Below, piece after piece: positions 13,201 to 30,961 of a stretch of DNA of 64,000 nt (position 1 is the first letter of the stretch; each line of letters begins with the position of its first letter). The position numbers and the translations under genes are program-made. The notes under the pieces are model-generated. The model saw only the letters and a program-made list of their open reading frames with translations, searched no databases and was not told the origin of the DNA. The DNA comes from Hormiphora californensis (lineage: Eukaryota; Animalia; Ctenophora), in assembly GCA_020137815.1 (NCBI GenBank), contig CM035357.1, positions 7,564,001 through 7,628,000 on the forward strand. The letters are read 5' to 3'.

Positions 13201-15065
13201 GATGATCGAACTGAAGGGTGACCTTGCAGAGGCGAGGAACGAGTACTTGAAATTACAGGTTATTACCATGGGTCCCCAATCAAGAGTTGACATTAATTGA
13301 ATTGCTTGTTACTGATTGTAGAGTCTACAATGTAGACCACTAATTATGTACTAATTATTTGCTAATTTTATGTCCCCTTGCAGGATGAAGTAAAGCTGCT
13401 GAAGTGTCTAAAGCATGAAAACATAATCCGGTATTACGGCACATGTCTCGCTGAAAATCAAGTCAGCATTTTCATGGAGTATGTTGGTAAGTGGTAACGC
13501 GGACTCATTATATTTTCTACTATTCGACTAAACAATTGGAGAAGTTTGAAATTCTTTATCATGTTTATTCTCACTCAATAAAACTGTCTACTCATCTCTG
13601 CTGTACATTAGACAGTATTGTGACACAGTGCCCCCCCCCCTCTTCTTCTAATTTTGTGACACAGTGCCCGCCCCCTCTTCTAATTTTGTGACACAGTGCC
13701 CCCCCCCCCTCTTCTTCTAATTTTGTGACACAGTGCCCCCCCCCCCTCTCTTCTTCTAATTTTGTGACACAGTGCCCCCCCCCCCCCTCTCTCTCTCTTC
13801 TTCTAATTTTGTGACACAGTGCCCCCCCCCTCTTCTTCTAATTTTGTGACACAGTGCCCGCCCCCTCTTCTTCTAATTTTGTGACACAGTGCCCCCCCCC
13901 CTCTTCTTCTAATTTTGTGACACAGTGCCCCCCCCCCTCTCTTCTTCTAATTTTGTGACACAGTGCCCCCCCCCCTCTCTCTTCTTCTAATTTTGTGACA
14001 CAGTGCCCCCCTCGCCCCTCTTCTTCTATAGTTTTGTGACACAGTGCCCCCCTCCCCTCTCAGATGGAGGATCACTCTCCTCTCGTATCAAGAGGATGGG
14101 ATGTCTACCAGAGAGGCAAATCCAGAACTTTGCCTACCAGATCCTGACTGCACTGGTATACATTCACGCGAAGAGTATTGTTCACCGGGACATCAAGGGA
14201 CAGAATATCCTAGTCACACACGATGATGTTATAAAGCTCATTGATTTTGGGTGCTCACGACGCTTATCTAGGGTAGGTAACACATTGAACATTGATTTTG
14301 GGTGACTCGTTGTTATCTGAGAACTCAGAAACAATTATTTTAACTTATATTAACGCAAACAACTCTCTCCTCCCAGAATTTGAGTCAAAACGCGGATGTT
14401 CTCACCGCATTCCGAGGCACGCCCTTTTGGATGTCCCCTGAGGTGATAAAGGGTGAGGGCCACGGAACCAAGTCAGATATCTGGAGCCTGGGGTGTACTG
14501 TCTATGAAATGTTGACCGGCCACCCACCTTGGTGAGTTGTGGGGTAGAGAGCTGTTAGTAGCTATAGCTTCCTGGCGAAAAATTCTGTATCATTAATTAG
14601 TTTGATTTTGTAATCGGTGTCTTTATTGGCCTATTGAAAACTGAAAAGCAAATATATTGGTACGAAGTTAGGGCAGCTCTGGTGTTACCACCGAAACTCC
14701 AAGCTATCTCAAATCTAACCCCCGTTATATTTCCAGGCACTCCTACCCTGCCATGTCGGCAATGTTTAAAATTGGAAATGGTCAGCTCCCGGAATACCCG
14801 GACAATGCATCAGATTACTGTATCGAGTTCATGAAGGCCTGCTTTGTCGTGTAAGTTATATGTGTAATACACAGATATATTTGTACAGTAGTAGTCTGTA
14901 TACAATTATTAGTAGTCCATGTTGTATTTTATGTGCTTTCTGGACCACTAAACAACTGACCCTCTTTACTTCAGAGACACGAAGCAGAGACCCCGGGCAC
15001 AGGATCTGTTAAAACACGAGTTCATTGAGCTTTACAGCAACCGGATAAAAGATGATACAATTTAG
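2272..15065 (+). CDS. MAP3K19: Ankyrin-repeat + STE11-family kinase, MAP3K19/YSK4-like (about 23 exons)
   Basis: Phase-consistent GT-AG exons: 2272-2445, 2588-2782, 2978-3074, 3272-3338, 3729-3847, 4014-4185, 4274-4371, 4948-5146, 5829-5972, 6566-6751, 9886-10034, 10185-10364, 10432-10717, 10866-11406, 11542-11667, 12012-12245, 12804-12993, 13074-13258, 13384-13486, 14064-14272, 14377-14531, 14737-14850, 14975-15065. Ankyrin motifs [32 protein letters not shown]. Kinase [90 protein letters not shown] closely follow the MAP3K19 pattern. Confidence 0.85.
7253..8062 (+). mobile_element. 5'-truncated CR1/L2-type LINE reverse-transcriptase fragment in a kinase intron
   Basis: [48 protein letters not shown]; starts directly after a (CT)n tract; same general family as the LINE at 29.7-34 kb. 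Confidence 0.93.
8063..8830. other. Probable low-quality read tail (homopolymer-inflated), not interpretable
   Basis: Abrupt switch to runs of C/G/T/A right after the LINE ORF; similar stretches at ~15590-15900, 20640-20985 and 55105-55560. Confidence 0.75.
12424..12497. repeat. Near-perfect ~74-bp palindrome (possible tiny MITE)
   Basis: ...TTGCTTTATTATAACCAGGGTACAGG g CCTGTACCCTGGTTATAATAAAGCAA... with a 1-nt loop. Confidence 0.85.
12612..12830 (+). repeat. 37-39-bp tandem array (6 copies) spanning a 3' splice site
   Basis: Unit GTTCAAGACGCCCCACTCCACCTCTCTCCCCTCCCAG; CAG|G junctions with exon-side starts at 12617, 12654, 12691, 12728, 12767, 12804. Confidence 0.95.
13617..14055 (+). repeat. 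~35-40-bp tandem array (12 copies) abutting the 14063/14064 acceptor
   Basis: Unit TTTTGTGACACAGTG(C)nTCTTCTTCTAA. Confidence 0.95.
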
Positions 15066-15853
15066 GGAACTGTGCTAAGGATAGGTAGCTGTTTGGATCT
15101 GGAGATCCATCGAAGAATACTGTTGGAAAAACGAGGAGCGATAATGATATTTTGGTATTGGATGGGACATTGTTTCTTATCTATTCTATTAGCGACTAAA
15201 ATATGACAAAAGTGTTAGTTCTAGTAGAGTTTGTTTGACAGCTAGGAATCATGATGCTGATATTTGTTCAGAATCAGACTCCCAAAACCAATATACAGAT
15301 GTTGGCAGAGAGAACGAGAGGGAATTAAAGTGCCGTTATTATTTAGTTATGGTTAGTCTTTAGATCTTATCAGTGTATGTTAAACCTAGATACTAACTGG
15401 GTATTCTTAACTAATTAGCTATTCTTAAAACTAAGTTTTGTAGATTAATTAGCGTGTGTGTGTGTGTGTATGTTATTTTCTTATTTCAGTTAACTTTTTA
15501 CTTCCCGTTAGTTATTTGTCATTTTGTGTACCTGAGCGTCATCAAAACAGTGGTCAGAAAATATCAATAAAGGGAAGCGTATCTCTCTCTCTCTCCTCCC
15601 CCCCCTCTAATATCCCTCTCTCGTCTCTCTCTCTCTCCTCATCTCTCTCTCTCATCTCTCTCTGCTCCTCATCTCTCTTCTCTCCTCTCTCTCTCTCTCC
15701 GTCTCTCTATCTCTCTCTCTCTTCTATCTCGTCTCTCATCTCTCAGTCTTCTATTCTCCTCATCTCTCTCTCCTCTCTCCTCCTCTTCTCTCCTCTCTCG
15801 TCATCTCTCCTCTCTCTCCTCATCTCTCGCTGCTCCTCATCTTCGTGGGGTCG

Positions 15854-15895
<42 letters not shown>

Positions 15896-16285
15896 TCCTA
15901 TATTTATCATGCATATCTCTCCAGTTAATTATTCTTCTACCGCAAAATAAAATCGAATTGAAATCTGTGGTTAAACATTAAGTTGTGACTGAACCATAAT
16001 GAATTATTCGGTTACATGTTACATTGACACAGTTTCATATTAGGGCTTCTTTATCGAGCTCCTACTAGGCTTAATTGAGATAGGTGACCATTTGTCAGAC
16101 TGTATTCGCCGAACAGTGAACATACCGAGTTTCCTTCATGATTCCTGGTGCACCTCGTTACCTAATTAAGGATGTCACGCGCAATAATCAGATAACATTG
16201 ATGTGTAAAAAGTACACTCCCCAGGTGTCATTTTGTGCGCGGCGTGGGACGTTTTCCCGCATTTCCGAAAACCGTCGTTCATGTT

Positions 16286-16585
16286 CAGGGGTGTAGGAAT
16301 AGGGGGGGCGAGGGGGGCGGCCGCCCCCCCACTTTTTGCCAGGTTCGCCCCCTCACTTCTGTCACCAACAGTCAACACTTACTCCCAAATGACAAAATCA
16401 TGACTTTTTGGCTCCAAAACCTAAAATTTTTCTCGGGCTGCGCTGTCGCTCCGCCCGATGTATGGTAAATGCAATGGAATAGGTGACTAACTCTTGCTCA
16501 CAAACATTTTCTTAGGCGCTGGCCAGCGCTGTAATTGGTCACGTGACTTCGCCCCCTCACTTGAAAAATCATTCCTACACCCCTG
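16286..16585. mobile_element. 300-bp hAT-type MITE
   Basis: 15-bp TIR CAGGGGTGTAGGAAT/ATTCCTACACCCCTG and perfect 8-bp TSD TTCATGTT (16278-16285, 16586-16593). Confidence 0.92.
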
Positions 16586-19500
16586 TTCATGTTTCGTTGA
16601 TTGTGTCAATTATTAATTTGAACATGACTCTTTTTCTTACTCCTGGAGTACACATTGCGTGACAATCAATAATGCACAATACGTCAATACTCGCAATAAA
16701 TTGAACCAATCAACTCGATTGAGTCAAGGTGCATCATCCTGAACGCGTCTAATCAAGATGTAGAACTAGAAGCCCTTGTCTCCCTGCTCTCACTTCCGCT
16801 CTCAAGGGGATGTGATCCACTTCCAATCCGCCTTGCTTGTTGGACCTTGTCAAGTTTAATTGGTCAACAGCAACTAGGATGATTAGACAGGGATCACGGA
16901 AGAAGATGTTGTTAAATTTCCGGGATGTATCTTTTTGTGATCACATGTTATAGCAAGGCAGCTATTTGCTTTATGACTGTGCTATATAAGTAATCGGGGC
17001 GGTATGATTCAATCAACTAATCTGTCACTTTCCATGTTCACTCAGTAGAATCCGTCTCTCAGTTCTCTGCTGCAGGGCTCAATCTCACTGATAATTATAG
17101 TTGTCCCCTTGGTTTTTACTTCATCTGTCTGATCTGTGTCTACCGTACTAGGAGTCTCTCCTCAAGTGTTTCACCATAGTTATCTCTGTTTCTTTCCATT
17201 ATATATTCTTTAGACCGACCCCCCTCCCCAATATCTTCCTTTCAGTCACGTGTCATGGTCCATCCGTCATACTTTAGTAGATTCCTGATCTCCTGCTATA
17301 ATAGCAGATCAAGGAGCGTAGATATAGAAAATTAGTGGGCAGTGATACTGATACATTGAGTGATGGGAAACATGGAGAGGGGAGAGAGATGAGGGGGAGA
17401 GAAACAGGGAGAGAGGAGAGGAGAGAGGAGAGAAGAGAGGAGGGATATGCTGTTTATTTTGGAAGATGGTTGTTGCCCTTCTTTCTCTCTTGCTACATTA
17501 TCAAATTTTCTATTTGGATACTTCTACAGCACCTTTTCAGATATACCCTGCAAGGCATCAAGGAACTTCAATCAAAGAGTCATTTTTCCACCTCTGTCAA
17601 ACCCATCATCGCACTGTTAGCTAACTGTCAATTTTCAAGTAGCTCATAGGTCCCGTAAAACTTGTCTCAAGTACCATAATTTGTTGTGTACATGACCCCT
17701 TGGATTCTCTCTCCCTACACGCCAATTGCACGTGCTGTTATAGATCACGTGGTTTGATAGAGAGTCGTTACAATTGCCCTCTAGGCGCCCTGATTGATAT
17801 GGAGCTGATCGGATCTCACTGATCAGAGAGAGTTCTCAATTACAGTGGTACTAGTAAACAAGCCATCACATTTGCATAACGAGATCAATCGATGGACCCG
17901 GGTAATTAGATGGAACAGATCCCAAGTCCCAGAGAGTCATTACTTTTTTAGGTTTTACCGAAGGGGCTGCATTTCTCTATCCTCTCTCTCTTAGAAAGGG
18001 GCATTTCTTCCCCTCAGACAGCCTATTGTCTGGTTTTCCGGGGCTTCTCTTGTGTTTGCTAACTTCTTCTCTGTGCGTGAGTCTTTATCCCGATCTGCTC
18101 TCTATATCTCTGTCAAGCAGAGTCCGCCTCAATACTCAAATCCAGTGTGAACTTGGAGATCTTTTAGTGGTTTAAACTAGGGTGGGCCACACTACTACAA
18201 TAGCCTACAACAATATAATTGTCCCCAGCTAGTTTTCATTGAATTTGATCTTGCTAAGTTCCCAATTGAGCTGCAATCTACAGCCATTCCCACCACCATG
18301 TAAACATGTTTTCCGCAACATTTGCCTGTTTAGTGTTTAGAACATGCCCTTCTCTACTGAGTCTCTATCTCTCTCTACTGATTCTCCCTATCTATCTCTA
18401 CTGATTCTCCCTATCTCTCTCTACTGATTCTCTATCTCTCTCTACTGATTCTCTCTCTCTCTCTCTCTACTTCCCCCGTTTCAATCGCTCGCGCTTACAC
18501 TATTTGTGCATATATTGAGGCGTGGGAGAATCGGTAAAAAGTTGGTTTTAACCACCTGCACTACTTAGCCATATATTGGTCGTTAGCTTATCAACATTCG
18601 TGTGTGGTACGCATGGAAAGAGAGCTGCAGTGAGAGATAGATAGAAAGATAGAGAGAGAGACCGGGGGGCTCTGAGTGCGCTCACACTTTCATGCTTTCC
18701 TCGCGGAGAGTCAGGCCAGTGCCTCGAGTGACGCGCTTCAATTCAGCTCTGTCCAGCTCCTCATTTCTTGTCCTTGCATTTTCTATTCCCCCAGTCTCCG
18801 AGCCCCACCTTCAGTTCATGGTCTCTCCACTAGATCACTGCAGTTTCTAGCTGGTCTGATATTTGGCCAGCTGAGCTTATTGAACAAACATGCCCGTACT
18901 CTGGGATCTGTGACCCTTGGTCAAAGCATACGTTTATTCGAACACCCACACTATTCCAGATTAATCCCACCCAATCCATTTGCTGTTGCTTGAGTCGTGG
19001 TAGTAGTGTCTGTTATAGGTGTCAAGGGGAGGAAGCCCTATAGTGTTGGTTTATTGTCGCTGTTGGACAGACTCAGATCTGTCTCAATTCACCACGCACT
19101 TTCTCTGCCTAATGATAATTAGACCTCTAGTTTGTCTTGCCTCCCTTATATCTCCCTATCCCCCTCTCTATCTCTCTCTCTCTCACTCTCTATCTCCCTC
19201 ACTCAATTGGGGATAGTGAAGCCTCTAAACCTCCCCTCCTTGACACTGTAGAAAAGTCACGTGATTCGGTCAGATCGCGTGCTCCGGCACTTACTACAAT
19301 TGAATTCTATTCAATATCAATAAAACACTGTCCTCTCTCTCTCTCACTCCATCTCATCAGCTCTCTATATCGCTACCCCTGTGCTGTTGTATCCAAGCTA
19401 GTACCAGCTATTCAGAATCAATAAGAATATATCTAGCGGCCCAGCAAATATTGCTTGCAGTTAGGCGTGCAGTCATTTCCAATTTGTACAGTGTCTACCT

Positions 19501-20761
19501 AGGCTGTCTGAGGGTAGTTTAGCTTCTCCCTAACAGCAACTCATATTGGAGAGAGAGTCAGTGAGTCGAGTGAGAGTCAGTTGAGTCGAGTGGAGTTGTG
19601 AGTTCAGTGGTTCTAGTGGCGTGGTGATAGAGGGCAAAAGAGGGCAATAAATTATTGTTAACCCCTATCAACAAGTTTTGCTTGTTATAGTCCGCTCGGC
19701 TGGTTGTTTTACACAATTTCCCAATTGCAATATATATTTCCCTTGTAGCAGCTAGCCGATATATTAAGGTGGAATATCAGTTAGCTGTTACTAAAAGTAT
19801 GAGTCGGTGGTGTATTGAGGCGCCTAAGCCTGCCTCAATTTAGCTACTTAGATATCATTACAATCTGTATTTATAATAGACTAGATAGTAGATATGATTT
19901 ATATCAGACGTATATCCGCGGAAGGGGCTGTCAAAGCATTGGCCTGACAGGGAAGGCCCGACTTTATCGCGACCAGTCGACTGAGGTGATGACTTAGGCA
20001 TTGACTTATAAGCTTGCCAACTTAGTTGGAATTATGAGCGACTGCAGTATGATCTGTCTGGCGCCGCTGACCCCATCTGAGCGCCATACAGAGTATGATG
20101 CAGATTGCAGAGACACCGCAGTTTATCTACTAGTTACCAACCTTGATATAGCCTCAATTTACATATTAGTTAGTGCCGTTTGTTACTTGTCGCTTGAGTC
20201 ACTCACATACGGCTTGTTCCTGAAAAACTTTTGAAAAAAGATCGATATTTATTTATTGTTCACTCGATTGCTAAAAGTGAGACCTCGATTTGCCACAATT
20301 GGTGGACGGTGGTGAAATGTGTTTTCCCAGGCCCTTCCCCAAATTCCCTTTATTCACTTATTAACACACACAGACTACCACATTAAATAATAAACCATGA
20401 GCCGGAAGGGAGAGCCATTTACCATAACAACCACCCTCTTTCTCTCTCAATTGTTAAGTATCTATTCTTCTACCCTCTCTTTCGTGTGCCTTACAAGTAG
20501 CTAATTTTGAAAATCAATTTAGATTTTCTCCCTCTTCCTCTCTGTAGAATAGAGCGTACTTGTGAGTAGTGGTATTAGTGGTTCTAATACATAACAAGTT
20601 GATTAGCAAAATTAACGACCTCCCCACCTAGTGTGGTTCTGAGAGAAAAAGATAGAAAGAAGAGAGGAGGGAGAGGAGGAGAGAGAGAGGAGTAAGTGAG
20701 AGGAAGAATGAGAGAGAGATAGAGGAGACGATCGAGGAGAGAGAGAGAGAGAGAGAGCGAG

Positions 20762-20792
<31 letters not shown>

Positions 20793-22037
20793 AGAGAGAA
20801 GAAGAGAGGTAAGAGAGAGAGAAGAGAGAGGAGCTACGAGAATGAGAGGAGGAGAGATTTGAGAGAGAGAGAGGAGGAGCGAGAGAGAAGAGCGAGAGAG
20901 TTAAGAGAGAAGAGAGAGAGAGAGGAGAGAGAGAGCGAGAAAGCGCCCCAAGGAAGAGAGCAGAGAAGAGAGAGAGAGAGAGAAGCCAGAAGGGGGTACT
21001 TCTTTGTATTTGCCGATAATTAGCACAACCAATTTACATAAAACTCGCACGAGTCTCGAAGGAGCTCCGGTGACCACACACACCCGCGACGCAGCGTGTC
21101 AGAGATAGACGCAGGGGGTGGAATCTTAATAGTGAGATAGAGCCACCCTCAGATAATAGAAGCCTTGTCATATACATACCCGGCCGGTAGTAAGTCTAAT
21201 GGTGTGAGACAGTGCCATACGAGATGATCATATACAAGGTTTGATATAGATTGCGTAGTTGTTCGCCATATCTCATAGTTGTTAGTTGGCTGGAATCTCT
21301 TGTGTGCAGTATGTTAGTGTTTTACTTGATCTGTGAAGAAGAGATCCTGGCGAAAGTGCTCGACAGTGTTAACTGGAGCTTGAACTAATTGAAACGAGTT
21401 GCTGTTTGATGTGGAAGGGGTTGTGATTGATTTGAAACTGTACCAGCAACATCACGAGTTTGTTCTTTGTTAACTGATTTACCTGCTGCACTAGTAATGA
21501 GACGCCAGTCAAATTCCAAGCACTTTTTCTCTGTGTGTGAATATGCGTGTTGACTGTCAAGCCATTGCAGACAGTGAAAAGTACACTAAATCAAATTTAC
21601 TTTTACTTTATTATTAATTTGTGGTGGTCCAATTACCCATTCAGGGTTAGCTAGATTCGGCCTTTCTGCTAGAGCCTAAAGGGGGGGTCCACTGTCCACT
21701 GTCCAGCCCTAAAAAAGTCTATCCTGATCCTGGTTTTTGTCGTAATATATTAACTTTTTTAGGGCTGGACCCCCAGGGTAGTTGAGTTATTTCCCATATT
21801 TGTTATGTTCTAACCCTCCTTTACAGAACTAAAAAACAGAGTCTAGCTAGGCAATCCCATATAACAGCTAGACAGCATGGTCTAAATCATTACCCCCAAA
21901 TCTTGCTGGCAGGGTTTTTTGGAGGTCGTTAGACTTGAGATGGGGTCGGTATAAGTGAATTGTCCCAGTCTAGCCGAGATCATGTCCAACTAAAGACAAA
22001 TAAAAGATATCCTCTCTCTCTCTATCGCCCTCTATCG

Positions 22038-22108
<71 letters not shown>

Positions 22109-22592
22109 TCTCTCTTGCTGTGATCAATCGGTCAATTGTCTGATCAGAGCCCTTGAAATCAGCTCCTAAAATCCCCCAATCAATTTAGCCTTGTTGTTAT
22201 GACAAGACCATCGTCACAATATCGTCTAATGCTTGTTCTTAGGTCATTGGTGATATTCTCTAATCTTCTCTCTCATCTCTCTCCCTTTCCTCCTCCATCT
22301 CTCTCCCTATCTCTCACTCCAACTCTCTATATATCTCTCACCATCTCTCTCACTTCCACTATCAAAAGGTGCTAAGGATAAGTGTCTAGATATAAGAACC
22401 GCTTGATATGGAGTCTAAAACTATCCTAACTGCTCCAAGGACAGATGAGGGGGTGTCATAGAGACAGGACTATAGAGTTCTTATTGTTCATTATTTGTCA
22501 CTAGCGAGTCTTACTCAGTTCTCTTCTCCGTAGTGCAGCCCTATCTGCCGACACCTCTAACAAGCCGCGAACGGAAAATTCGCAAACTATCT

Positions 22593-22683
<91 letters not shown>

Positions 22684-23099
22684 CAGCGGTGATATAGACT
22701 CTCTTCAGTTCTCTGTAAATTGTTACTACGTCTATCTGAAAGGAATAACTAGACTGTCAGGACAAGTTTTTGCGCTAATTTTTCAGTCTAATAACAATAA
22801 CGTGCAGATAGCTATAACCCTTCTATGGAACCGGGTTTATAGCTATTTGCTATCTAACTGTAACGCCCTTGTCGCCCTTGAATTCTGATTCTGCACTATA
22901 GATTCTGCACTAAGGGGAACCGACTGTATCGGAACTATTAGTTATAGTTATAGTTTCCCCTCTCGGATATCTTTGGAGTTTTTCGAATGTTTGCCTCTGC
23001 TTGATAGAGTTATTCAGCTTGTCCAACCTAGTTTCCTAACCAGCCCCTCCTTTCTAAGTTCAACAACTCAGTTTCCTAACCCGTTCTATTTTTAGCATC

Positions 23100-28916
<5,817 letters not shown>

Positions 28917-29671
28917 GAGGGTCCTAGAGACTAATTTTAATTAGTTTGATATGTTGGAGATGATGTATACTGTATAGATTTCTATGATAGGCGTTTTGAT
29001 ACTCTCCAGAAATTGAAAGACAAACCAAAAGAGACACGATTATAGCAGCGAAAAGATATGAGTAGAGTGTATAATACTTTAGGCTAGAGTCTAGCTTAGG
29101 AGTCCGTCAGTCCGAGTACTCACATCTACTCCGTGTGTGTTATTTGTTAATGTTCGCGTTGGTCCTTCATCGGCACTTTGTTCTGTCAGGCAGTGCCAGA
29201 TCCCATTTTGATTCTCGATATACATTATACTCAGAATCAGATTGGGTTGGCCGCCAGGCTGAGACAGGTTCTGGTTATGGTTCAACAGGTCAATTTATTA
29301 CCAATTCCAATATAATAACTGAGTCGTGTTTCTCAAATAAATTGTTAATTGCCGGTGGTCAGAGCACATGTCCTAATAACAAGACCCTTTCCAGCGCTGA
29401 TTTCTCGCGCGCAATTATTTTTTGCGCTTGATAATATTTAGCGCCGCGCGCGAAAATCTGAATTAAAAAAAAAGATTTTTTTACGCGTTACAAAAATCGC
29501 GCAGTTGTCAATTTTGATTTTCGGCTTCGCTCGTTTCTCCTCAGAAATAGCCCTGTTTTTAGCCATAATAAAAGCGGTTATACACAGACTAACGTTCTAT
29601 TTATATAATTAAACTATTATGGGTCGTGTGTATATTTTCTTCGAGCTGGACCAAACCCCGAAAGTGATTTT

Positions 29672-30961
29672 TTGACCTCTCGACCCCCCACTGAGATTGA
29701 ATTGACATTACCGGCCAAAAATAGGCAAACCTTGAGTCACCGGATCATCAAGAAGATAGAAAGCCTGTTCCCGGCTCGGTGTACTGACTGTCCCGCCGTA
29801 TACCACCCCGATTTTGAAGCGACACCTATCTTCACATGCTGGTCATGTTACCGTCACTCCCATGACTGTGAAGTTATCAGTGAGCTCGGAGAGGCCATCT
29901 CAAAAATTGGAGGAAGCAATGGCTTCAAATGGCTTTGTCTGGAATGTTCAGAAAAAACAAGTCTTTCTCTCAGAAAGTCACTGACCCTCTACGAAATAGG
30001 ACCAGACCCCCCAGAAGAGCATAAAGATGAAAAGAATGGTCCAGCTGGAGAAGATTCACAATACGACACCATCGACCTCTCCCAGATTGATGCCTCTCAA
30101 CAAGTGGAGAAAGAAGGGGAACCAAAACAAGTGGAGAAAAAAGAGGAACCCCCCTTTGAAAGGATCTCCAAGCAATGTAGCTTCTTCCGCAAAGGAAATT
30201 GTCGACACGGTCCAGACGGGACCAAGGAAGTAGACGGACAGACCTGTCGATATGAACACAAAGCTCCAGCAATCACCCCTACCCAACCACCAGCCGGAGC
30301 CGTGGCCCAGCCTACCGAAACTGACTGTAGGGTGTTTGTTCAGTATGGACGATGTGAGCACGGAATCAATGGCAAAATCAAAAGAGGTGGAAAGGTATGC
30401 CCAGGAAGACATCCTAAAATTTGCAGAAAGCTTAGGAAGGGAGCGTATGGGAAAAATGGATGCAGAAAAGGATCACAATGCGAGTTCCTTCACCCAAAAC
30501 TTTGCAGAGGATCTGAATCTAAAGAGAAGGTCTGCCCAAACCCCACCACATGTAAGTTCTTTCACACAGAAGGAACTCGGTTCGGAACACGACAAGTGGC
30601 ACCTACTACTGGAAGGGAAACAACTACACAGAGGAGCGAGGACAATAGCCCCCGCCCCCATACCCACCCCCATCCCTATACCGATGCACTGAACCACACC
30701 CCGGAGGGACCGGATTCCTCCGAAACATCGGTTTTTCTGAAATCCCTGGTAAAGGAAATGAAGGAAGGGTTCCTGTATCAGGGTCAACAGATTCAACAGC
30801 TGATGAAAGCCCTACTCCAAAGGGACACAAGCTCTCCGGTCAAACCCTTCACCATGGATCACTCAGGGATTATGCCAGACTACATGATACCAACAGAGAG
30901 AATAGGAGAGCTACAGACACTCCATCCTCTGACTCACCGATCTCAAAGGTCCTTCTACTAA
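29672..30961 (+). CDS. LINE ORF1 (PHD-like Cys/His finger plus several CCCH zinc fingers), 5' incomplete
   Basis: CTDC...CWSC.RHSHDC...WLCLEC; CSFFRKGNCRHG...CRYEH; CRKLRKG...CRKGSQCEFLHP; C...C.....CKFFH. No ATG at the ORF start. Confidence 0.8.
   Translation: MTSRPPTEIELTLPAKNRQTLSHRIIKKIESLFPARCTDCPAVYHPDFEATPIFTCWSCYRHSHDCEVISELGEAISKIGGSNGFKWLCLECSEKTSLSLRKSLTLYEIGPDPPEEHKDEKNGPAGEDSQYDTIDLSQIDASQQVEKEGEPKQVEKKEEPPFERISKQCSFFRKGNCRHGPDGTKEVDGQTCRYEHKAPAITPTQPPAGAVAQPTETDCRVFVQYGRCEHGINGKIKRGGKVCPGRHPKICRKLRKGAYGKNGCRKGSQCEFLHPKLCRGSESKEKVCPNPTTCKFFHTEGTRFGTRQVAPTTGRETTTQRSEDNSPRPHTHPHPYTDALNHTPEGPDSSETSVFLKSLVKEMKEGFLYQGQQIQQLMKALLQRDTSSPVKPFTMDHSGIMPDYMIPTERIGELQTLHPLTHRSQRSFY

Noticed and set aside
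15900-23000. Enhancers or ncRNA upstream of the homeobox gene
   Set aside because: Plausible regulatory region, but no element can be supported from sequence alone; no tRNA or rRNA recognised anywhere in the window.
29386-29693. CpG-rich segment as the LINE 5' UTR/promoter
   Set aside because: It runs into ORF1 without an ATG and looks more like an unrelated repeat end; cannot be assigned.
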